Shown in pieces: positions 27,154-39,880 of a stretch of 64,000 bases of DNA; within the stretch, counting starts at the first letter, position 1, and every line of letters begins with the position of its first letter. Position numbers and translations under genes: made by a program. A model generated the notes under the pieces. That model was not told the DNA's origin and did no database searches. It saw only the letters and a list, made by a program, of their open reading frames with translations. The stretch covers positions 50,964,001 through 51,028,000 of the forward strand of contig NC_043014.1 of the NCBI RefSeq assembly GCF_006345805.1, read 5' to 3'. This DNA is from Octopus sinensis (taxonomy: Eukaryota).

Positions 27154-29638
27154 ATATATATACTCATGCATACACACGCATTCTACGTGTGTGCGCATAT
27201 GTAAACTGGCAAAGCATCAAAGACATTCCTACGTGTGTTTTAATCTCTCTAGTGTTACCAAACAAATCTTCTTGAAATCATTGTCACAAACTACCTTATT
27301 AATAAAGTGTTTCATATCACCTTGTCTGATTCTGCGCTGTGTGACATGAAGCAAAAAAAAAATCAGATGTTCATACTCTTTTCCCATTGCTCTCAATCAT
27401 GGTCTTACATCGATGATTAAACAACAATATTTACAGATAGACTGAGTTTCGCTTTAAAGAACTAAACGTGGTTGAATTGATAGCAGCTTTTAACCAATAC
27501 TGTTATATATTTCCGTTATAAGAGCTATGGAATCTGGCATATATTTGTGAAAAGAAATTCCGTCACGAGTGAAAGACTCAAAGCTGAATGAATTTGAAAC
27601 CCTCTTCAACAGAGTTTCATGGCGAAAGGTCATAAAAGCGTTGAAAGGGAATTACTGACGTATTTATTGGCTGACAAACGCTGAAGAAAATTACCTGTTA
27701 ATTTCAAGCGGTGTAATTTAAATCCATCTCTCACAATTGAAGAGAAACAAAAAGAGTGCAGTAATTACAATTTACTTTGCCAGAGGTTATTCCCGCGCAT
27801 ATGAGCATCCGTTTCGCAATTAGCATTTCATTTTGTAATCTACGATGAATGCTAAAAGGTTTTTCTGATATTCATATGCAGATATAAAAGTAATATGTCT
27901 TGAATAAATTTAGAGTTTCCTATCGTGAATTTTTGTTGGATAAATCCTGCTCGAAGAAAGAATTAAAAGGATTAGGAATTCATTTATATTTTATCATAAC
28001 CTGGAAATAGCAATACACAGATATGGTTCTGAGCTGAGTTGGGGTGCTGCATTCCCTTGTTCGAAAATATAAGGAGAGAGATCGTGACGTATAGCTAGCT
28101 GGAGACGATGTTTTCAGCTGGCTATACAGAACCATTCGTCTTATTTATTACAGAATTACAGAAATATTCATCCGTCCTAAACCCAAATTACAGTAACATT
28201 CGTCCTAAACCAGAACTGCCATGCTATGTTGGGGAAATAATGCTTATAAGTAAACCTCATCAGCGATGCATAATTACTGTTACTCCTGGTGAATTGCTGT
28301 TTTTTTTTTTAAACAACTATCTCTATGACATTCGAAATAAGACCGACTTTAACTATTTTATGTAAATAATAGGAGATATAAAGTAACATCCATAATATCA
28401 GGATAGTTGTATAGATGAAGTCATAGAAAAAAGTGATCGATCAAGTCATCGCAACGACCTAATCCTGAATAATCCTGATGATATCTTTATTATCCTGATG
28501 ATATATATTCAAATTACCTCATTTATTTTATAGAACTACAAACTAGGAAATGAGAGAAAATGTTGCGGATTAAAGCCGCTGAATGAAAATAGCGAACGCA
28601 TGAGCGTACTCGTATTAATTTACATAAAAGTACAATGAAATCTACTTTGATAGATTGTAGTATGACTGTTTCCACGAATCACTCAGTTTGGCATTGGTTA
28701 GTGTTACACGTATTATTTGTGAAGTATGAAACTGTGAGCGCAGACAAGATACATGTAGACTTGAAATCTCCAATTATCACAGCGGCCATTTTCTAGGGAT
28801 ATATTTTTTTAATAATTTAATATATTTGTTATTTTTATGTGCAAAATTAGATAGAAAACCTTAAGACAGATTAGTAAAGTCAATATTCAGAAATGAAAAG
28901 CATGCCTGAAAGCTAAAAAAAAAAAAAAAAAGAGAGAAAGTGAGGAAGAATTCCTTTATTAATAAAATCAATATTGAGTTGTTTGATTGAGGGAACATGT
29001 GCCTTACAAATTTACGGGAGAAATGAAAAAAAAAAACCTTACGTTATTGTATTTATTTATTGACTTGCCTTGCACGAAACTGATTAAATCTTGATGTGTT
29101 GCTTTGATAGTGACCTCTGATAAAAATGAAACAGATTTTGCCAGCAGAATTAAATGACCCAATAATGCTTACTTCTTCTCCAGTGTTCAATATTGAAACA
29201 GTATTTTCATTGCTTTTCCTCTCTGACAGGGCAGTAGATTGGTAAATTCGGTACAGTGCCGGATAAAATAAGTTGCGTTTAAAGCACCGGATGAATTTCT
29301 TGCAGTGAGTTCACAGAATCGTTCGCGCGTCAGATAAAATTATCTTCGATATCTAGTAAACATAATTTTAAAGATTCTTAGTTGAAAACTTTCTCCAATG
29401 GCCTTCACATTCCATCTTTACCGAAGCTCAGTAAAATATGTGCCTGTCTAATTTTTGAGAAACAACAGGGTTTCTGCTCTTATGCTTGTGTAAACATATA
29501 TTCTTTTGCAAGAATCACTTGGTCTATTTGGAAGTAATAGCTTCAGAAGTTTTAATCAATGTTAACGCCTCACCAACTAAATTTGTCGATTTTATTTTTT
29601 GTCAAACTACCCAGTTATGCTTTTCTTTGACACCATAT

Positions 29639-30015
29639 ATTTCTTTATTGCCCACGAGGGGCTAAACATAGAGGGGACAAACAAGGACAGACAAAGGGAT
29701 TAAGTCGATTACATCGACCCCAGTGTGAAACTGGTACTTTATCTATCGACCCCGAAAGGCTGAAAGGCAAAGTTGACCTCGGCGGAATTTGAACTCAGAA
29801 CGTAACGACAGACGAAATACCTATTTCTTTACTACCCACAAGGGGCTAAACACAGAAGAGACAAACAAGGACAGACAAACGGATTAAGTCCGTTATAGCG
29901 ACCCCATTGCGAAACTGGTACTTATTTAATAGATCCCCGAAAGGTAAAGTCGACCTCGGCGGAATTTGAACTCAGAACGTAGCGACAGACGAAATACTGC
30001 TAAGCATTTCGCCCG
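29639..30015 (-). mobile_element. SINE family C head-to-tail dimer
   Basis: Two units joined at 29820|29821 (gacgaaatac|ctatttcttt). Confidence 0.9.
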
Positions 30016-31004
30016 TTTCTTTGACACCATAGCAATATTTACACCACTAAACATTACCGGATAGAGGCACACGTACATATATATACATAAGTACAAGACG
30101 GATGTCAGCACAATTTCGGCCACAAAAGTTCCACTAAAAATGTCGTGTGACAACCTGAGGCTTCAATAACAAATAACTGTGTTAAATACTCCATAGTTAC
30201 ATCAAACCCGAAAACCTACTGGTGTGAAGGAAGAATTATTAAATACCCGGGTATGTCTGGCGCCTTATTAATTTATTAATTTATTAATTTATTAATTTAT
30301 TAGAGCTCCAACAATGAAAGTAGAAGTGAATGCTACACGATCAAACAATATTCCGAAATGTTTTTTAAGTGCTATACCATGTATAGGTATGTGTGTGTTT
30401 CTGTGTGCTTTTGTGTGTACACGCGTGTGTGTGGGTTCATGAATATATGTATCTATATACACATATGTTACAAACTACACAGCTGGATATCTCGGGGAAA
30501 ATACTTCACAGTAAAAATAGTATTGGAATGCTAGACTGTGTTATAATTAAATTCTTTGAGAAAAATATCTTATCGTCCTTATGGGCATACATATACATGG
30601 CTCTCAGATAACAATGCAATTGAAATATTGATATGCATAATCTATATTAATTACTTATTCATAGGTATTATCCTTTTGAAGTTCGCGACGTGAATATATA
30701 ATATACTGAAACAAACCATTTTTTGGTAAACATCAATTTGAATAAATCGAAATATTACTCGTATTGATGACGATCTTTTTTTAGTTAACCCTGTCGCACA
30801 GTAATCTTGGTATAGTGGGAATAGGTTAAACGTCATCTCTGGCGGATTCTCGATAAGGCGGTTATGAACAACACACGCACTTAAAGAAGATGCTGCTCAT
30901 TTTGGTCCATCAGTTTGAGTGGAATCGTGACTCTTGAGCTGTCTACCAGGTTGCTACATTAAAAACATGAATAGTGATAATAATTATATTCTCTGCCATA
31001 GGTA

Positions 31005-31190
31005 CAAGGCCTGAAATGTTGTGGGGAGGGCACAGTCAAATACAGCGACACCAGGGCTCGACTGGTGAGAGTTTTATCAGCAACAAGAGGATAAAAGCAA
31101 CGTGGACATCAGTGGCACTTGAATTCTGAACATAAAGCCGGTAAAAATGTCGCTAAGCATTTTATTCGGTAAGGTAATTATGCTGTTTGT
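31005..31190 (-). mobile_element. Degraded SINE family C with alternative tail
   Basis: ggtacaaggcctgaaatgttgtggggaggg tail, gaattctgaac B-box remnant, gctaagcatttt head remnant. Confidence 0.55.
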
Positions 31191-31228
31191 TATCTGCCTA
31201 AGAAAATAAATATAAAATAATAATATAT

Positions 31229-31440
31229 GAAGGCATCAAGAGGAATATTAAAGAAGTTAGAACAGAGTGCCCAGTAGAATTATTACAAAAGGTTTACATC
31301 CTTGGCACGGCCAAAATAATTAGGAAAGTATAAGATAACTGAAAAGAACGAATAGCATGGTACCGTAGGCTGCAGGTAGTAAGCCCACCGCTACGCATGC
31401 AAGACTCCAGGTGCTCAAAAAAAGTTGTGATAATGAGAAA
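31229..31440 (+). mobile_element. R4/Dong-like RLE LINE 3' end (fragment 1)
   Basis: EGIKRNIKEVRTECPVELLQKVYILGTAKIIRKV plus a 3' UTR paralogous to 32342-32548; followed by (ATA/ATG)n. Confidence 0.8.
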
Positions 31441-31512
31441 ATAATAATGATGATGATGATAATAATGTTGATGATGTTGATGATGATGATGGTTATGATG
31501 ATGATGATGATG

Positions 31513-31573
<61 letters not shown>

Positions 31574-31590
31574 TAATAACGATAATAATA
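31440..31590. repeat. (ATG)n/(ATA)n trinucleotide array
   Basis: Direct inspection; source of the poly-M/poly-I ORF 31411-31704. Confidence 0.95.
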
Positions 31591-31860
31591 TTATCTGTCC
31601 CACAAGATCAAAATGTCTCAAGAGAGGAATTTTCGAAAAGTATTCTCACTATAAAGATCTGCAAATTGAAATCACGAAAATGTGGATGTCTAGTACTACG
31701 ATAATACCAGTAGTAATTGGTGCGTCGAGAATGATAAAGAAGGGAACTGAGAAGTCTATTAAGCATCTCCCTGTTAACTCCAATCTTCGTGAACTACAGA
31801 AGATAACACATGATAGCGCAAGACGAACCTTTGGTCACGAACTGGAGGGTCAACCTTAGG
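31591..31860 (+). mobile_element. R4/Dong-like RLE LINE 3' fragment 2 (different subfamily)
   Basis: LSVPQDQNVSREEF / KYSHYKDLQIEITKMWMSSTTIIPVVIGASRMIKKG...LRELQKIT, typical of the RLE C-terminus. Confidence 0.75.
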
Positions 31861-31874
31861 AATGAGTAATTGTT

Positions 31875-32548
31875 TCCGCTGGGCAGTATCTGCAATACAG
31901 TAACTGAAACCATTCTCCAAGGCACGGGCGAATGCCCTCGATTTTGCCGAAAACCACTACAACTTGTGGCGGCACGATCAGATAGAGAAAGCGCTACATT
32001 GGAAACTGCTCGAAAAGTGGGAGCTAGAGGGGAAAGACGTGGTATGAGCACAAACCGCAGAGAATGGCGGCAGTCCGAAATTAGCAAAATCTTCTGGGAT
32101 TTCCCAATTCCAACAAATTAGATTCTAGAACATAACAGACCGGTCCTAGTGGTGGTGGTCAAGATTCATCACATATGCTATATAGTTGATGTTCCAAGCC
32201 CCTTTGACCCATGAATTGTCAAGAAGGAAGGCGAAAAGTTAGATAGATACAACGCTCTTAAGTACGAAATAGCCCGGCTATAGAAAATGAAATAGGTGAA
32301 GATTAGTGCCAATTACTGTTGGGTCCTTGGGAGCAGTATCAGAAGGCATCAAGAGGAATATAAAGGAAATTGGAAAAGAGTACCCAGTAGAATTGTTAGA
32401 AAAGATTTACCTCCTTTGTACGCCAGAATAATCAGGAAAGTATTAGATAGCTGAAAAGAATGAATAGCATGGTACCGCAGGCTACAGGTTCTAATCCTAC
32501 TACGCATGCAAAATTCCAGGAGCGCCAACAAAACTTGCAATAAAAGGA
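31875..32548 (+). mobile_element. R4/Dong-like RLE LINE fragment 3 (zinc knuckle to 3' UTR)
   Basis: ICNTVTETILQGTGECP; WRHDQIEKALHWKLL; KIFWDFPIPTN..EHNRPVLVVV; EKLDRYNALKYEIARL; ARIIRKVLDS*; tail aataataataac. Confidence 0.88.
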
Positions 32549-32631
32549 AATAATAATAACAACAACAACAACAACAGCGACGATGACGACGACAATAACA
32601 GCAACAAGAACAACAAATCAATAAAAATCCG

Positions 32632-32775
32632 TCTGCATTGCTTGGAACTGCAATAATTTTTTCAGAGTTCTTGAAGCACGACCAGTAAACAAGTGTCACC
32701 TTAGTCTGCTGGATGTGGGCAGCTGAAACTTCCTATCATTCTCAGCAAAATATGCAGTGAGTTTTCTAAACTCAG
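32632..32775 (+). mobile_element. R4/Dong-like RLE LINE 3' stub (fragment 4, same subfamily as 57445-58148)
   Basis: gcattgcttggaactgca...gaagcac and UTR tgtcaccttagtctgctgg match about 58000-58135. Confidence 0.75.
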
Positions 32776-33947
32776 GGCATTGAGCAAAAAGTAAATTTCC
32801 TCGAAAATCTGGGCCCTACTTCCAATATCTTGTATTGAACCATTTCACTTTGCCTTCGGCACTAACATTAACGAATAATTTGTGAAGAAAATGATCACCT
32901 GATATACGCCCCCATTGTGCTCCCGAATCCGATAAGCGTCCTTCTCTCTATTAATTATAATGGAAATTCTGGTGTATATAAAATATAATTCCTGCTTTAA
33001 TATCCATCAATGCTTCCATAAAGTAAATCTATTCAAATGAAAATGATTGACGACAGCAACTTAGATATTCGTCGAATACTTCCTTATTATACGGAGGAAA
33101 GATTTGTAAAGCAAAATTATCTGAACACCGTCAAAGAATGCTTTCCTTTCAACCCCCCAAAGCGTTGCTTAAAATTAATAAACAGAGACATCAAACCTAG
33201 CTACAAATAATACAAAATTGCCATTAACATAAAAACCAGGAACAAGTTTTTTTTTTAATGTTCGAACGCCTATACAATGTAGTGAATATTTCATGTTAAT
33301 ACACGGGAATAATTATTTTCTTCTTAGAAAGAATAAAAAAAAAATGCATCGAAAATTGCAGATCAAATGCAATGATTTAAAACAATATTTCGTTCGCCTA
33401 AAGAAGATATTTGTGATTATATTAAAATTGTATCTGTTTATATTACGGTGGATAAAATATATTAAAAACAAAAAACTACATTAATGTTTGTTTAATATTG
33501 CATTTCTAATTAATCGTTTGAATTGGCCGTGTGCGCAGTAAACCACGATTCAATGACATAAAAGCAACCAATTTAAGATTAAAGGTTTTATTTAGAAACG
33601 CCTGCTATGACTTTCAAAAAACGTGTTCATTGTAATATACTCACCAGCTGTATTGAGTGTTTAGAGTACCTCATTTTCTTAGTTATGAAAGAAGACAAAA
33701 TTAGTTTAAATTAAAACTTTAGTATGTCTGAAATATTTCCTTGTTAATTCTGTAGTTATCAGATGCTGAGGTATTACTAATAAATAATAACAGAATTCTT
33801 CATTCTCTAAAAGCATGAAATTAATGACGTCAGTTCTGGCTTTCTTTCCGCTGTGTCTTTGAAACAAGTTTTTAAAAATGAATAGAGTTGAGATACAGTA
33901 ATTAACTGTTTTACTTAGTATATTTTGTAGTGTTTCTTTTCTAATTT

Positions 33948-34339
33948 AGACATAAAGTCTGACATTTTTGGAGAGGGGGGGCCAGTCGATTACATCGACC
34001 CCAGTACGTAACTGGTACTTAATTTATCGACACGGAAAGTATGAAAGGCAAAGTCGATCTCGGCGGAATTTGAACTCAGAACATAGCTGCAGACGAAATA
34101 CCTATTTCTATTTCTTTACAACCTACAAGGGGCTAAACACAGAGGGGACAAACAAGGACAGACAAACGGATTAAGTCGATTATATCGACCCCGGTGCGTA
34201 ACTGGTACTTAATTTATCGACCCCGAAAGGATGAAAGGCAAAGTCGACCTCGGCGGAATTTGAACTCATACCGTAGCGGCAGATGAAATAGCGCTAAGCA
34301 TTTCGCCCGGCGTGGTAACGTTTCTTCCAGCTCGCCGCC
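33948..34339 (-). mobile_element. SINE family C dimer (full head, two different tails)
   Basis: Junction gacgaaatac|ctatttct at 34101|34102; head ends cagctcgccgcc. Confidence 0.9.
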
Positions 34340-34816
34340 TTCTTTTGTATTTTTTCTTAAAAAAATAGGAGTGAGCGCCCTCTTAAGCTCTCGAACCTGC
34401 CCTTTTTTCTTTTGCTTATAAAATGCAGTTACGAACAGAGTACTTGTGTCAAGCAATGTGTATGTTTACCCGGTCGAAACTTCTATGCTATATACAAACT
34501 CATCGATTTATAGTTACATTAAATTATACGCAGGGTCATTTACAACAACATACGAAGTCCAAAAAAAAAACAGAACAGAACAGCGTTAGCGGGGGGGGGG
34601 GACGAAATGGGAAAACAAAGTGGAAATGATATGTTCTGCAACAAGACTGTGTAATGCAGAGATATCTGATCGATATATTCCTCTCATCTGGAACATAGAT
34701 ATGAAATATGGTGTGACATACGTTGGTTTGTCTCCTTTGTATGTGAATTTGACACCAAGCAGCATATTTTAAGCTGGGAATATTGCGTTCTGTGGACCGG
34801 TACTACAACACTGTGT

Positions 34817-35205
34817 GGAGGCGCAATGGCCCAGTGGTTAGGGCAGCGGACTCGCGGTCATAGGATCGCGGTTTCGATTCCCAGACCGGGCGTTGTGAGT
34901 GTTTATTGAGCGAAAACACCTAAAAAGCTCCACGAGGCTCCGGCCGGCAGGGGATGGTGGTGATCCCTGCTGTACTCTTTCACCACAACTTTCTCTCACT
35001 CTTACTTCCTGTTTCTGTTGTACTTGTATTTCAAAGGGCCGGCCTTGTCACTCTCTGTGTCACGCTGAATATCCCCGAGAACTACGTTAAGGGTACACGT
35101 GTCTGTGGAGTGCTCAGCCACTTACACGTTAATTTCACGAGCAGGCTGTTCCGTTGATTCGGATCAACCGGAACCCTTGTCGTCGTAACCGACGCAGTGC
35201 TTCCA
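34817..35205 (+). mobile_element. SINE family B, full length (tail type 2)
   Basis: Imperfect 13-bp TSD actacaacactgt / actacaacattgt. Confidence 0.93.
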
Positions 35206-35439
35206 CTACAACATTGTATGACACAACAGCTTAGTGTATCTCTTTCGAAGAGAGCAGATATTTTGAGACGATGCCGTTTTCTGTCTTCATGGAGCGCAAA
35301 TAACTCTAATGTAGCGTTTCATAAGCGCAGTTGTCGTGTTCTCTACAACAGTTTCAAATCTCAAGCTCATCAGAATTGAAATCATTTTCCTCCTTCGACC
35401 TCCCTTGCAATATTAAACTTCTGCGCAAAAATTCTTTAG

Positions 35440-35640
35440 CACGCTGGATAAAATACTTAATAGCCCTTCGTTCTACATTTCGGTTTCAGTTCAAATTCCG
35501 CCGGTTTCGACTTTACATTTCATCCTTCAGGGTCGATAAAATATGTACCTGTTGAGCATCTGGGGTCGCTGTAATCGACTTCGCCCAGCTCTCAAATTAC
35601 TGACCTTATGCCAAAGTTTGAAACTAATACTGAACTTTCG
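35440..35640 (+). mobile_element. Degraded SINE family C, alternative tail
   Basis: cagttcaaattccgccggtttcgactttacatttcatccttcagggtcgataaaat. Confidence 0.65.
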
Positions 35641-35769
35641 TAAGGGGGTTGTTAAGTCTAAATTTGACAATTCGTATGTCTCTTTTTTCTCAGTTACACG
35701 TCCACATATTGGTGTACAGGCAAAGGCGTTTTAGAGCATAAAGGTTAAACTAATGGAGAAAAATTTGGT

Positions 35770-36330
35770 TGATATGCCGACATCGTGACTGCTGCTCATT
35801 GGGTTGAGAACTCTTTAAAGTTTGTCAGATGTGAACTGGACAGATCGGAGGGAGATTTTAAAACCGTGACCAGCATGAAGTCCTCCAGTAGGCGTTCGAA
35901 TAGCTTCAAATCTTTGAAGAGGACCTTATACTCAATTCAGACGTCTAACTGAGGCTTTTTTTGATGCTGGTCAAATTTTGGCTTGGCGGAGCTGCTGCTG
36001 GAAGGCCACAATAGTATCCAGCTCCTTGCGATATCTCTGGAAAGTCTCAGAATCTGTTGCTGGAGAATTTCTCCGACTTCTTCCACATTCCCAATTGCTG
36101 GCCTTCTAATCACACCGACTATAATTCCATAGATTACTACGAATAGGCCGAGGTTGAGAAAGACATCAACCATTATGTCTGCAACACCAAAGCCCAGATC
36201 ATCGTGGACAAGATAAAGGAGGTGTTCGATAAACTCCCCATGGACACAGTAACAAATTCATGCGCTAGTTTCCAAGGCCTGTTGAGGCCGCGGTGGAATA
36301 TGACGAATATTAACGTGATTAAACTGTTAC
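35770..36330 (+). mobile_element. Tc1/mariner-superfamily transposase C-terminal remnant
   Basis: PAPC.ISGKSQNLLLENFSDF..PNCWPSNHTDYNSIDYY..EVEKDIN (resembles WPPSSPDLNPLDY.VW); stops and frameshifts. Confidence 0.65.
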
Positions 36331-36755
36331 TTCCCAGCCATAATCCAGTCGACATATTTTGATTTCTTAAAAATAGATAAATATTGGGTTTTCTTTTCTT
36401 TTGACGCAATCAGTCAAATTTAGCCTGATGGTTCCTGTCATGCTGCTGTGAATACTTTTAGATATAATGTACCTGATAACATAGATGATAAATGCCAAAA
36501 TGGCTAGCTTACCTATATGTATACAGAAACACACCACGCACACACACAAATGCAAACATAACAACACACACACACACACACATCTCTGTATAATGCTTTA
36601 AGTCGGAGAAAAGTACACAGTACTATTTTAAAATTAAATATTAAAGATTGATGTTTTATTTTGATTCAAGCAGTCATATGCTACACCGAGTTTCACCTGT
36701 AGGTCACTGGACGTTCAGGCCTAGGGGAAAAAAGGGTCAGACTTGACCCAAATAT

Positions 36756-36822
<67 letters not shown>

Positions 36823-36824
<2 letters not shown>

Positions 36825-37105
36825 CATCATTTAGCGTCCGTTTTCCATGCTAGCATGGGTTGGACGGTTCTACTGGGGTCTGTGAAGCCAGAAGGCTTCA
36901 TCAGGCCCAGTCAAATCTGGCAGTGTTTATACGGCTGGATGCCCTTCCTAACACCAACCACTCCGTGAGTGTAGTGGGTGCTTTTTACGTGCCACCCGCA
37001 CTGGTGCCAGACAGAGCTGGCAAACGGCCACGAACGGATGGTGCTTTTTATGTGCCACCGGCACGAGGGCCAGGCGAGGCTGGCAACGGACACGAAACGG
37101 GGCGG
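36823..37105 (-). mobile_element. RTE-tailed non-autonomous retroposon fragment with an internal tandem duplication of about 63 bp
   Basis: Minus-strand 3' end ccgtccaacccatgctagcatggaaaacggacgctaaatgatgat; ggtgcttttta(c/t)gtgccacc unit at about 36977 and 37040. Confidence 0.65.
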
Positions 37106-37128
37106 TATGCAGATATATATATATATAC

Positions 37129-37218
<90 letters not shown>

Positions 37219-37223
37219 ATGTA

Positions 37224-37254
<31 letters not shown>

Positions 37255-37675
37255 AGGCTGAGCTGAAGCCAACCAACCTAGTTTAAAATGCCATAACTTA
37301 ACAGAGCAAAGGATTTACCCAAGCATGCTAAAACGTCTGCCAGCCTATCACTCATCTCCGAAAGATATCATTAAATAGGTATAAACGTGCACTAAACCTA
37401 ATTAAAATGAACATTGTAATTACTGAACGCTTCATCAAACTGATAGCGTAAATTAATTATGGCTTTTCATTTTATTCTGACCAGATACAATGCTGAATGA
37501 AATACCAACCGAGAGATAATGCTCGATGGATGTCTGACAAATCAGTAATATGGGTTTGTTGTTGTTGTTATTGCTGCTGCCGCTGCTGCTGCTGCTACGG
37601 TTGTTGGTTTCACAAAATGTCGGTCTTGATAGATAAACAAGGACTATGACATTCCATGTGCAGTCATCTTGGCTT

Positions 37676-37782
<107 letters not shown>

Positions 37783-37968
37783 TATATATATTATATATAT
37801 ATATAATTCTAGTGAAATAAATCCACCGATTATAAAAATAGAAATATTACATTTCTAAATATCTCGGTGATATTTCTATTTTTGTAATCAGTGAATGTAT
37901 TTCACTAGAATTCTTATATGTTTGCAAGGGCTAGACAGGCATCTCCAACTAGCAAGCCATGCTACTCA

Positions 37969-38005
37969 AGACTGACGACGAGCAAAGTCTCAGAAACTAG
38001 TCTCT
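37969..38005 (+). ncRNA. Minimal type I hammerhead-like motif
   Basis: AGA-CUGACGA-C-GAG(caaagu)CUC-A-GAA-AC-UA-GU-C^UCU; palindromic helix III ACUAGU, GUC site, C-A mismatch at the base of stem II. Confidence 0.55.
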
Positions 38006-38462
38006 GTTTGCTGGTTTAGCTGGGTGGAGGTGCTTGTCTCCCTCTTTTAAACATAAGGACACAGGAAATGTGTCAAGGCCGACAGGAAGCGTTGATGCTT
38101 CCTAGGGCTAAATAGCAGTGGTGTGATTCTCTTCATGGGAATGTCATATCCCTAAAACAAATGCTCATTCTACGCTGTGGAAGACTCCAACAAGATCAAG
38201 ATTTGGAAATCGAAGTGGTTACGACGAGGCACATTCTCGGTATTCCAAAGAGGAGCTTCCGGGATGCCTCCCTAATTGAAAATCGACGCTAAATAACGTT
38301 TGTGGCTACAGAAAGGGATTATTTCGAATGAGATTAAATGGACAGTTAACATGTAGGTCATACATCATATATATAAAGTATTAAAAGACACTCAGAGAAG
38401 GAAAGATAGTACTTCTTCAGAAACAGGCGTTGGAGGAAAATCCTAAACAGTCCAATATATAT

Positions 38463-38517
<55 letters not shown>

Positions 38518-38518
38518 T

Positions 38519-38592
<74 letters not shown>

Positions 38593-38982
38593 GGCGCAGG
38601 AGTGGCTGTGTGGTAAGTAGCTTGCTTACCAGCCACATGGTTCCGGGTTCAGTCCCACTGCGTGGCATCTTGGGCAGGTGTCTTCTCCTATAGCCTCGGG
38701 CCGACCAAAGTCTTGTGAGTCGATTTGGTAGACGGAAACTGAAAGAAGCCCGTCGTATATATGTATATATATATGTGTGTGTGTGTGTGTGTTTGTGTGC
38801 CTGCTTGACAACCGATGCTGGTGTGTTTACGTCTCCGTCACTTAGCGGTTCGGCATAAGAGACCGATAGAATAAGTACTAGGCTTACAACGAATAAGTCC
38901 CGGGGTCGATTTGCTCGACTAAAGGCGGTGCTCCAGCATGGCCGCAATCAAATGACTTAAATAAGTAAAAGAGTAAAAGAGT
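38593..38982 (+). mobile_element. SINE family A, full length, at the end of a TA array (38457-38592)
   Basis: ggcgcaggagtggctgtgtgg ... gagtaaaagagt. Confidence 0.92.
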
Positions 38983-39271
38983 ATATAGTAGATACATACA
39001 TTATATATATGCATATGACACCAGGTTGCATATCTCACAGTGTGCAGTGACTGCGGCTGAAACAATTGTAGGTCCCGTAAAGATGATGTAAATAAATGTT
39101 AAATAAAATCATGCATGTAAAAAATCTCCGTGGATATAAATAGAGAAAGAGAGATGAAATAACAGAAGATTTCTCTTAAAGATTTAAGAGTATTTTAGAG
39201 ACATGATAATAAAGATATTATACAATTGTGTACAAAAAAAGGTTTTGTTCTTTCAACAGAATTGAAATAAG

Positions 39272-39299
39272 GACCGGTTTCGCATTCCTCATCAGACTG
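39272..39299 (-). ncRNA. Degenerate minimal hammerhead-like motif
   Basis: CUGAUGA-GGAAUGC-GAA-AC-CG-GU-C; intact core and palindromic ACCGGU, but stem II has 1 bp and proximal stem I is unpaired. Confidence 0.35.
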
Positions 39300-39880
39300 A
39301 GCGTTGAAAGAGATAAATTACTAGGAGAGAATGAGGAAGAGAATCACAAAGTGGAATAGAAAAGAGCATCATCTACTGTCGTGATACAATACTATAGATT
39401 CCTGACTTCATATATTTAAAATGCAGTAAAAGGCTCAACAAATATGTGGTTACAAGTAGACGCCTGGATCGAATCTCAGGTGTGCTTAAACATCTTTATT
39501 TCCGTCTAAGTATTGTGAGAATTTTTTTTTAGCTAATAGGCACATAATATACAATATTTACACAAGTCTTTCTTTTAATATTTATTGCAAATTTTGACAC
39601 ATGTCCAAACAGGAGGAGGAGTAAGTTCGCAGCACCGAGCTCCCCTCCCTCGTATTAATTTGCAACATTTTCATCACCCTTGAAAGGAAGAAACGGCTTT
39701 AGGTCCGGCGTACTAATATTTATTTGTACTTATTCCTATTTGTATACTATTCGACATTCCTATTGTATTTTAAATGTAAACAAAATGTTTAAATCTAAAT
39801 GAATATTTTGTACGTTCTAAGAGTTTCTGAGTAAAAAATAAATATGTCTACTTCTCGTTGTTTCTATAATATTAAGGAAT

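Noticed and set aside
28168-28250. Possible exon LQKYSSVLNPNYSNIRPKPELPCYVGEIMLI; similar weak candidates at about 19739 and 54960-55040 (minus)
   Set aside because: Weak splice signals and no homology I can recognise.
30265-30303. (TTATTAAT)x4-5 and other short regular repeats as a CRISPR-like array
   Set aside because: No spacers; simple minisatellite in eukaryotic DNA.
35335-35380. Minus-strand CUGAUGA...GAAAC-UGUU-GUA
   Set aside because: Stems I and II do not pair and helix III is not palindromic; at best a relic.
36890-36910. Minus-strand CUGAUGA-AGCC(uucu)GGCU
   Set aside because: Hairpin is followed by UCAC rather than GAAA, and it lies inside the RTE-tailed repeat.
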